64,000 nt of DNA from an uncultured Dehalococcoidia bacterium (GTDB taxonomy: Bacteria > Chloroflexota > Dehalococcoidia > Lucifugimonadales > UBA3495). How positions within the stretch are numbered: position 1 is the first letter of the stretch; the number at the start of each line of letters is the position of its first letter. Under the pieces are notes generated by a model that had not been told where the DNA came from, did not search any database, and saw only the letters and a program-made list of their open reading frames with translations. Location: assembly GCA_950072105.1 (NCBI GenBank), contig CATMOE010000003.1, forward strand, positions 76,938-140,937. Direction: 5' to 3'. This document shows positions 56,839-64,000 of the stretch, piece after piece. A program made the translations under genes and the position numbers.

Positions 56839-57459
56839 ATGCAGAAAATGTCCCTACATGAAGCCTTATATACCCAGCGGGCGATCCGCAATTTTACGCC
56901 GTATCCGGTATCCGACGCCACGGTCGCCACTATTCTGGATGCGGCGGTGCGGGCGCCAAACGGAGGTAACACCCAACGTTGGAGCTTTCTGGTCATCCGG
57001 GACCGGGAGACCAAGAGACGTTTCGGCGAATGGTACCGTGACGCATGGTCCGATCTGGTGGCGGACATGAACCTGCAACGGACCTCGGCTCAACCCTACC
57101 GTCCAAGCATGTTAACTCAAAATATGGAGGATATCCCCGTCTTGATCCTAGCTTGCCTAGACCGGCCGACTCCAGGCTATGGACCGAACCCCATAACCAC
57201 CGGGTCGTCCATTTATCCCGCCGTGCAGAACATCATGCTTGCCGCCAGAGCCCTTGGGCTGGGCACCGTGTTGACCACGTTGCACACCAAGCATGAGCGG
57301 GAAGTCAAAGCATTGCTGGGCATTCCCGAATCCGTGTCCACCGCGGCCCTGATTCCCCTGGGGTATCCCGCTCAAGGAGAAAGCTTCGGCGGCGGCCGGC
57401 GACGCCCCTCGGCCGACGTTACTTTCCACGAGCGGTGGGGCCAGACCGTCGCGAGTTAG
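56839..57459 (+). CDS. Nitroreductase family protein
   Basis: Motifs 'QRAIRNF', 'APNGGNTQRW', 'SIYPAVQNIMLAARALGLG' and 'IPLGYP'. Confidence 0.9.
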   Translation: MQKMSLHEALYTQRAIRNFTPYPVSDATVATILDAAVRAPNGGNTQRWSFLVIRDRETKRRFGEWYRDAWSDLVADMNLQRTSAQPYRPSMLTQNMEDIPVLILACLDRPTPGYGPNPITTGSSIYPAVQNIMLAARALGLGTVLTTLHTKHEREVKALLGIPESVSTAALIPLGYPAQGESFGGGRRRPSADVTFHERWGQTVAS

Positions 57460-57524
57460 CCGATTCATCCGGCCATAAACGTTGATGCCGGCCTAACATT
57501 ACTGATGAAGGAGCACTACACAAG

Positions 57525-58883
57525 ATGACTGACCTGCCCCTAAACGGGATCCGCGTGGTGGACTTGAGCCGCGTTTTCGCCATGCCCTATGCCGGGGCCT
57601 ATCTGGCGGACCTGGGGGCCGAGGTGATCAAGGTTGATTGCTGCCAAGCCCAGTTCGTCGACACAACTCGCACTCTGAACGGCCCTTACCCGGACAACGA
57701 CCCCGGCGAACTGTATTGGGAGAGGGCCGGCACCTTCCAGACCCTGAACCGGGGCAAGCGCAGCATTACCCTGGACCTGCGCTCCGGGGACGCCATCGGC
57801 ATCTTGAAACAGTTGGTTAGCGTCAGCGACATCGTCCTGGAGAACTTTACGCCGAGGGTGATGCAGCGTTTCGGTCTGGACTACGCCAACCTAAGGGCCG
57901 TCAAGCCGGACTTGATAATGGTCTCCAATACTGGCTACGGCCACTCCGGGCCATGGAGTAACTTTGGAGCCATGGCAACCGCTCTGGAACCGACCCATGG
58001 CACCGGGGCGTTTATGGGATACTTGGACCCGGGCCCGGACGGCCGGCTTCACGACGGCGGAATTCCCAATAAGATGGGCAACTCCTACACCGACTTTTTG
58101 GCCAGTTGGACGGCCCAACTGGCGGTGATCGCCTCCTTGATCCACCGTTCTCGCACCGGAAAAGGCATGTGGGTCGATCTGGCCATGTATCAAGTTGGCT
58201 CGTCTTTTATTGGCGAAGGAATCTTGGACTTCGCCTTCAACGGACGCAGGACCCGCCGGATGGGCAACCGCGACCACACTATGTCGCCTCATGGTTGTTA
58301 CCCGTGTTTAGGTCAGGACGAGTGGGTCACCATCGCGGTGCGGGATGACCGGGATTGGGAAGCCTGCTGCCAAGCTTTGGGACAACCCTCTCTGGCCGGC
58401 GACTCCCGATTCGCCCATCCCACCGATCGTCACGGTCACCAGGATGAGTTAGACGAGATAATCTCCCGTTGGACATCAACACAAAGCCAATATCAAATTA
58501 TGGAAGCTCTGCAATCCGCGGGAGTACCCGCAGGACCGGTGCTGAACGCCAAGGCACTGCTGGCCGACCCGCAATATCGCGCCAGGGGATTCTTTCAGCC
58601 GGCGGACCATGCGGACGAGACAGGGTTAGGCCGGAAGGAGTACGTAGGCCGGGGGTGGAGCCTGTCTGAATCTCTGATCAACCCGATCAGGCCGGCTCCC
58701 ATGCTGGGCGAGGCCAACGACTACGTGCTAAGCCGGATGCTGTGCCTCAACGATGAGGAAATCCAACGATTAAAAGACGCCGGAACCGTCGGAGATACAT
58801 TGGCGGACGCGCGAGCACCATCAATCGTCCCCCTGGAACGGCAAGTTGAGCTGGGTTGGATCTCGGGATACGACGAGTTGTAG
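57525..58883 (+). CDS. Class III CoA-transferase (catalytic Asp present)
   Basis: Motifs 'GIRVVDLS', 'LADLGAEVIKV', 'NRGKRS', 'ENFTP' and 'SYTDF'. Confidence 0.9.
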   Translation: MTDLPLNGIRVVDLSRVFAMPYAGAYLADLGAEVIKVDCCQAQFVDTTRTLNGPYPDNDPGELYWERAGTFQTLNRGKRSITLDLRSGDAIGILKQLVSVSDIVLENFTPRVMQRFGLDYANLRAVKPDLIMVSNTGYGHSGPWSNFGAMATALEPTHGTGAFMGYLDPGPDGRLHDGGIPNKMGNSYTDFLASWTAQLAVIASLIHRSRTGKGMWVDLAMYQVGSSFIGEGILDFAFNGRRTRRMGNRDHTMSPHGCYPCLGQDEWVTIAVRDDRDWEACCQALGQPSLAGDSRFAHPTDRHGHQDELDEIISRWTSTQSQYQIMEALQSAGVPAGPVLNAKALLADPQYRARGFFQPADHADETGLGRKEYVGRGWSLSESLINPIRPAPMLGEANDYVLSRMLCLNDEEIQRLKDAGTVGDTLADARAPSIVPLERQVELGWISGYDEL

Positions 58884-58947
58884 CGGGAAGTATCAACCTA
58901 CCTTGAACCGTAATGGATAACTCTGCGGGTTCTGCCCTGTTTCGCTA

Positions 58948-58977
58948 TTGACACCATTTGAAGCTCCGGCATATAAT
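58948..58977 (+). promoter_or_regulatory. Consensus sigma70 promoter of pyrG
   Basis: TTGACA-N18-TATAAT. Confidence 0.7.
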
Positions 58978-59099
58978 ATTGGCAGACCCCTTATTTGCCC
59001 CGGCTATTTGTTGTATTTCACCCTTTTGACCCACTAGATTTGTATTCGTTATCTTGATTAGAACTCCAGATTTTGCTGCCGGACGGTTAGCATTGGTCA

Positions 59100-60731
59100 A
59101 TGGCCGCTAAGTATATTTTCGTTACCGGTGGAGTTGTCAGTTCAATCGGCAAAGGGATAAGCGTCGCATCCATAGGACGCATCCTCAAGAGCCGCGGCTT
59201 ATCCGTCTCAGTAATTAAGTTGGACCCCTACCTTAATGTTGACCCCGGTACCATGTCCCCCTACCAGCACGGAGAAGTTTTCGTCACTGTTGACGGTGGT
59301 GAAACGGATCTGGACCTGGGCCACTATGAAAGGTTCATTGACGTGGACCTAACCCGCTCCTCAAATCTTACCGCCGGTGAAGTCTACCTGGACATAATTT
59401 CCAAAGAGCGGCGCGGAGATTTTCTCGGGGGTACCATCCAGGCCGTCCCTCACGTGACCAACGTGATCAAACAGAGAATCGTTAAACTAGGGGAGGAAAC
59501 CAACGTTGACGTAGTGGTGGTGGAAGTTGGGGGTACCGTTGGCGACATTGAAGGATTACCGTTTCTTGAAGCAATCCGGCAAATCAGGAACGACGTGGGC
59601 CGCGACAACGTCTTTTATATCCACCTGACACTGCTTCCATATCTATCCGCCGCCAGGGAGTTGAAAACCAAACCTACCCAACACAGTGTGAAAGAACTGC
59701 GGGCCATGGGCATCCAGCCGGACGCCATTCTCTGCCGCAGTGATTTTGATGTACCAGACGCCATCAGAGAAAAAATCTCCTCATTCTGCGACGTACCTAC
59801 CAAAGCCGTGATTCCTTTGACAACTGTTGAAAATGTTTACGAAGTGCCGCTGATCCTGGAGGATGCGGGCCTTGGCGACATTATCATGAGTGCCTTGCAT
59901 CTGACCGGACAACCTCGAGACATGTCCGACTGGGCTGACATGGTGACCAGGATGAAAGAACTGCGGGATAGCGTGACTATCGCCCTGGTCGGCAAATACG
60001 TGGAATATCCCGATTCTTATCTTTCGGTCAGGGAAGCGCTTCGCCACGCCGGTCTGCTTCACGATCGGTCGGTAGAGATTCAGTGGATCCACTCCGAGGA
60101 TGTGGAGAAATACGGCCCCGACGCCATGTTGGGCACCGCCAACGGAATAGTGGTTCCCGGCGGATTTGGCCCCCGGGGTGTTGAAGGAATGGTTGAGACG
60201 GCCCGATACGCTAGAGAGCACCGAGTTCCTTATTTAGGGTTGTGCTTGGGCCTGCAGGTTATGGTTGTAGAGTGGGCGCGGAATATATTAGGACTTAAAG
60301 ACGCCAACTCTTCTGAGATTGACCCGGACACTCCTCATCCGGTCATACACATCATGGAGGAACAAGGTTCGGTGACGTCCATGGGGGGTACGATGCGCCT
60401 TGGCAGCTATCCCTGCCGTCCGGTGGAGAATACGTTGGCCATGGCTGTGTACAATGAACAAAATGTAAGCGAGCGCCATCGGCACCGGTTTGAATTGAAC
60501 AACTCTTACCGCGAAGTCCTAGAGAACTCTGGGCTAATCATGAGCGGATTGTCGCCGGACGGATCGCTGGTTGAGACGGGAGAGATCAAGGACCATCCGT
60601 ACATGTTGGGGGTGCAATTTCACCCAGAGTTCCAATCTCGCCCCAACAAGCCCCACCCCTTGTTCGGTGGGTTTATCGCCGCAGCGAAATTGACGCTGCG
60701 AGAGGGCGAGCAGCCGCCCTTGCCTTTGTAG
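59100..60731 (+). CDS. pyrG: CTP synthase
   Basis: Motifs 'KYIFVTGGVVSSIGKG', 'DPGTMSPYQHGEV', 'KTKPTQHSV', 'GLCLG' and 'QFHPE'. Confidence 0.98.
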   Translation: MAAKYIFVTGGVVSSIGKGISVASIGRILKSRGLSVSVIKLDPYLNVDPGTMSPYQHGEVFVTVDGGETDLDLGHYERFIDVDLTRSSNLTAGEVYLDIISKERRGDFLGGTIQAVPHVTNVIKQRIVKLGEETNVDVVVVEVGGTVGDIEGLPFLEAIRQIRNDVGRDNVFYIHLTLLPYLSAARELKTKPTQHSVKELRAMGIQPDAILCRSDFDVPDAIREKISSFCDVPTKAVIPLTTVENVYEVPLILEDAGLGDIIMSALHLTGQPRDMSDWADMVTRMKELRDSVTIALVGKYVEYPDSYLSVREALRHAGLLHDRSVEIQWIHSEDVEKYGPDAMLGTANGIVVPGGFGPRGVEGMVETARYAREHRVPYLGLCLGLQVMVVEWARNILGLKDANSSEIDPDTPHPVIHIMEEQGSVTSMGGTMRLGSYPCRPVENTLAMAVYNEQNVSERHRHRFELNNSYREVLENSGLIMSGLSPDGSLVETGEIKDHPYMLGVQFHPEFQSRPNKPHPLFGGFIAAAKLTLREGEQPPLPL

Positions 60732-60905
60732 GTCTTTATTAAGAATTTAGACGTAATACCTACTTTCAATCTCAACCTTGGATAGGAAATGCACCACGCA
60801 AGCTGGGCATTAATCAATGGAACGATCAAGATGGGAAGGCCTGTTTACACCTCCGCCGAATTCACCCATCCTGCTTGCGCAATCTTTTAACGTAATGGTG
60901 ATCTG

Positions 60906-61565
60906 ATGAAACTTTTCTTGGATACCGCCAACATTCAAGAGATTCGTGATGGGGTCCGCTTAGGGGTCATCAGCGGAGTTACTACTAATCCATCGTTGGC
61001 GGCCTCCGAGGGTATCGGTAGCCGCGAGAACTATAAGGTCGCCGTGCAAGAGATCTCCGATATCCTCGATGGGCCGATCTCTGTCGAGGTGGTCAGCCTG
61101 GACGCGGAAGGAATGGTTGCGGAGGGTAGGGAAATCGCCGAATGGATTCCTAACCCGTGGGTAAAGATTCCGAGCACCGCTGCCGGATTTGAGGCCATCT
61201 CCACACTCGCGCATGATGGCATCAAGATCAATCAAACCTTGTGTTTCTCATTGAATCAGGCTTTGCTTGGCGCCCAAGCCGGCTCCACGGTAGTCAGTCC
61301 CTTCGTGGGCCGCTTGGACGACATCGGTCAACAAGGAATGGATCTGGTTAAAGAGATAGTGGAAGTATTCAAAACCCAAAATATCAAAACCGAAGTACTT
61401 GCCGCAAGTATTCGCCACACTCTTCATTGTACTATGGCGGCCCAGGCCGGCGCTCATATCGCCACCCTTCCTTATAAGATCCTGCTGCAGATGGTTCAAC
61501 ATCCATTAACCGATTCGGGAGTGGCCCGATTCCTGGCCGACTGGGAGAAAGCCGGGAATTCTTGA
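60906..61565 (+). CDS. tal: Transaldolase (short TalC/FSA family, transaldolase-type residues)
   Basis: Motifs 'FLDTAN', 'TTNPS', 'SVEV', 'KIP', 'SPFVGR' and 'AASIR'. Confidence 0.9.
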   Translation: MKLFLDTANIQEIRDGVRLGVISGVTTNPSLAASEGIGSRENYKVAVQEISDILDGPISVEVVSLDAEGMVAEGREIAEWIPNPWVKIPSTAAGFEAISTLAHDGIKINQTLCFSLNQALLGAQAGSTVVSPFVGRLDDIGQQGMDLVKEIVEVFKTQNIKTEVLAASIRHTLHCTMAAQAGAHIATLPYKILLQMVQHPLTDSGVARFLADWEKAGNS

Positions 61566-61802
61566 ACCTCCGCAAGAGATAATGCGGATTTTTTAGCGAC
61601 CTATTCTCCTCAGATATTAAGAACAAAAATAACCCGACGTAAGGACCCAATATTTTTTAACCTATAATCCCCATTCACAACAACAGCGAAATTTCTTGAC
61701 GGACCGGGTTTTGGTCCACCTCACCGGCTCAAGTTTTCCTCCATTCAATAACCCCGGCGAAAACATCCGGTGAACTATTCCCCAGAACACAAAGAGGTGA
61801 TC

Positions 61803-63092
61803 ATGGCGACAACACAACGATCATTGGAAGTGGCAGACCTAGGAACCAAGAGCAAAGATGAACTCTTGGTCTTGGCCCATGACGTAGGTCTCAACGACGG
61901 CCCTAACCTGGACGGTCTGCGCCGGGAAGACCTGCTGAGCAGGGTGTACCATGCCGCCTCCGCCCAACAATCTCTGGTGTCCTCAGGCATTCTGGAGGTT
62001 ATGGACGAAGGGTATGGATTTCTCCGCCAGATCATCTCTCATGGAGGAACCGGGGACGTGTACATCTCCCAGTCTCAGATCCGGCGGTTCGGTCTGAAGA
62101 CCGGCGATACGGTAGCCGGCCAGGTTCGTCCCCCCAAAGAGGGAGAGCGCTATTTCGGACTGGTCCGGGTGGAAAAAATCAATGGTATGGAGAGTGATCA
62201 AGTTAACTCTCGCCCTCGAACTCAGTTTGAACACCTAACCCCGATCTTCCCGGAAACCCAGATCAAACTTGAAACGAGTGGCGACGATCTTGCTACTCGA
62301 ATGGTAGACTTGTTTGCTCCCATCGGCTTGGGCCAGAGAGGACTGATCGTTTCACCGCCTAAAGCCGGCAAGACCACCATGCTTAAGCAGATCGCCCACG
62401 GCGTTACTAATAACTGTCCCAACGCAATCCTTATGGTGGTCCTCATTGGCGAACGCCCCGAGGAAGTCACCGACATGCGACGCTCGGTGCTAGGCGATGT
62501 ATTTGCTTCCACCTTCGATGATAGCGTTGAAGACCAGTGCCGGGTGGGAGAGTTGGCGCTGGAAAGGGCCAAGCGGCTGGTGGAATTCGGCAACGACGTG
62601 GTGATTCTGCTGGACAGCATAACCCGCCTGACCCGCGCCTATAACTTGGCGGTTCCTTCCAGCGGACGAACGCTCTCCGGGGGTATCGACCCTATAGCCC
62701 TCTATCCGCCCAAAAAATTCATTGGAGCGGCTCGCAACATCGAGGAAGGCGGTAGCCTGACAATCATCGCCAACTGCCTCATCGATACCGGTTCCAGGAT
62801 GGACGAAGTGATCTACGAAGAGTTCAAGGGAACCGGTAACATGGAATTGCACCTTGACCGGCGCTTGGCCGAGCGCCGGTATTTCCCGGCAGTGGACATA
62901 ATACGTAGCGGCACCCGGAGAGAGGAGTTGCTATTCAGTGAGGAGACCCTGAAGCAGATCTGGCTCTTGCGCCGCATGGTGGGACTTATTTCCAACGAGG
63001 GGTCAACCAACGCCACCGAAAGGGTGCTTGAGCGTCTGGCCAAGACGAGCTCCAATGAGGAGTTCTTGGCCAACTTGAACAAAGAAGCCTAG
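61803..63092 (+). CDS. rho: Transcription termination factor Rho
   Basis: Motifs 'GYGFLR', '[12 protein letters not shown]', 'PPKAGKT', 'ERPEEVT' and '[10 protein letters not shown]'. ATG 61803 follows GAGGTG. Confidence 0.97.
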   Translation: MATTQRSLEVADLGTKSKDELLVLAHDVGLNDGPNLDGLRREDLLSRVYHAASAQQSLVSSGILEVMDEGYGFLRQIISHGGTGDVYISQSQIRRFGLKTGDTVAGQVRPPKEGERYFGLVRVEKINGMESDQVNSRPRTQFEHLTPIFPETQIKLETSGDDLATRMVDLFAPIGLGQRGLIVSPPKAGKTTMLKQIAHGVTNNCPNAILMVVLIGERPEEVTDMRRSVLGDVFASTFDDSVEDQCRVGELALERAKRLVEFGNDVVILLDSITRLTRAYNLAVPSSGRTLSGGIDPIALYPPKKFIGAARNIEEGGSLTIIANCLIDTGSRMDEVIYEEFKGTGNMELHLDRRLAERRYFPAVDIIRSGTRREELLFSEETLKQIWLLRRMVGLISNEGSTNATERVLERLAKTSSNEEFLANLNKEA

Positions 63093-63204
63093 GATTCCCC
63101 ATCCCCATACTGACCTGCCCTCTTGTTATGGTTGAGGCGATCGGTCTTCTCCCCTTTTTGAGGGGGAGGGCTAGTCATGGAGCATACCCGAGGAGGCATA
63201 AACC

Positions 63205-63672
63205 ATGAAAAGCAATGTTTTAATCGTTGTGTCCGCAGTATTCCTGGCGGCGATGGCCTTAGCGGGAATGTTGGTATGGTACGGGACCGGAGACACTAAG
63301 GACGCGGAGTCAACAGAGCCTTCCTCGCGGCTACCCCAACCGACCCCCGACCCATCCACCTTAGATTGGGTTGACGTTACCGCCTGGCAGTCCTCGGGCA
63401 ACGACGAAAGCCCGCGTTTCCATATCTCGGCGGGGACCTGGCGTGTGATGTGGCTTACGCCCCATGACGGAGTGGGGGATGGGAGTTTCGCCGTTGATGT
63501 TTATAACAGCGACGGCACCTATTATTTGGACCTGTACGATACCGCTGACCACTCGGGACTTAAATTTGATGGCCCGTTGCGGGGCACTCTGGGCATACAC
63601 GGGCCGGGAGACTTTTTTCTTCGCCTAAGAACAGCCCGGGACTACGAAGTGACCGTGCAAGAGCTGCGGTAA
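63205..63672 (+). CDS. Hypothetical membrane-anchored/secreted beta-sandwich protein
   Basis: N-terminal TM, Pro-rich linker, GAGGAGG RBS. Confidence 0.7.
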   Translation: MKSNVLIVVSAVFLAAMALAGMLVWYGTGDTKDAESTEPSSRLPQPTPDPSTLDWVDVTAWQSSGNDESPRFHISAGTWRVMWLTPHDGVGDGSFAVDVYNSDGTYYLDLYDTADHSGLKFDGPLRGTLGIHGPGDFFLRLRTARDYEVTVQELR

Positions 63673-63849
63673 AAGACGCGACTGCCCCTGGCACGCTTGC
63701 CGTTAAATCGCCAGAATACGGGGTTAAAAAGGTTTCTCCCGTTAACCGATCGGCATCCGCTGAAGGCGCCAAGTTGTGCTGCCAGCAATCCTGGGACTGC
63801 GCGGGGCTCACGCCTCGCTACATCTTAGTGCTGTACAGAACGGGCACCT

Positions 63850-64000
63850 TGAGGTGGACCCGGTTTTTCGGACAGGTAGCTAAGTGAGGTTTCCGCTCCT
63901 AAAATAATTGCAGCTGTTGCTGTGAAAGAGGAGTGGGACATGTCGAAAGAACGTAGGAAGCACAGCCCAACATTCAAAGCCAAAGTGGCATTGGAGGCGG
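63850..64000 (+). mobile_element. IS3-family insertion sequence, left end (truncated by window)
   Basis: TG-starting terminal sequence TGAGGTGGACCCGGTTTTTCGGACA, followed by OrfA. Confidence 0.75.
63940..64000 (+). CDS. IS3-family transposase OrfA, N-terminus
   Basis: MSKERRKHSPTFKAKVALEA after a GAGGAG RBS; typical IS3 OrfA HTH start. Confidence 0.8.
   Translation, partial: MSKERRKHSPTFKAKVALEA

Noticed and set aside
58978..59099. Bacillus-type reiterative-transcription attenuator of pyrG
   Set aside because: There is no GGGC at the predicted start and no clear terminator hairpin, only a pyrimidine-rich leader.
60906..61565. Fructose-6-phosphate aldolase call
   Set aside because: It has the transaldolase-type Phe (SPFVGR) and Glu (SVEV) rather than the FSA-type Tyr and Gln.
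63149..63170. Hairpin after rho as a fifth family A element
   Set aside because: CTCCCCT…AGGGGGAG lacks the GGGGATTT tail. It could be a terminator or a different repeat, so it was left unassigned.

Overview
This is a GC-rich bacterial chromosomal segment. Gene content and style suggest Chloroflexota, Dehalococcoidia/SAR202-like (inference, not verified). In order it contains: a comEA-comEC competence locus, with comEA split by a frameshift and an oppositely oriented two-gene HEPN-motif cassette inserted between the com genes; ilvE-plsY-PAP2; an arylsulfotransferase-like gene; a mobA-moaD-AOR-cupin-nuoE-nuoF-fdhA molybdo/tungstoenzyme cluster; a putative nuclease (DUF6602-like); GGT, acyl-CoA dehydrogenase and a ParDE toxin-antitoxin pair; DUF1800/DUF1501; a 13-kb co-oriented hopanoid cluster (prenyl synthase, hpnH, hpnG, hpnA, shc, yjbQ, hpnD) that continues into sugar/nucleoside-processing genes; sufBCDSU plus a second sufU; MaoC and class III CoA-transferase genes; pyrG, tal and rho; and the left end of an IS3-family element. 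The most striking observations are: (1) six palindromic DNA elements from three families are inserted in frame inside nuoF and fdhA, one of them where the His-ligated [4Fe-4S] motif is normally found; (2) the hopanoid cluster lacks hpnC/hpnE and is fused to a kinase/aldolase/dehydrogenase/nucleoside-hydrolase module; (3) a tandem HEPN cassette sits inside the competence locus. No rRNA, tRNA or CRISPR array was seen. All calls come from motif recognition by eye, without database searches.
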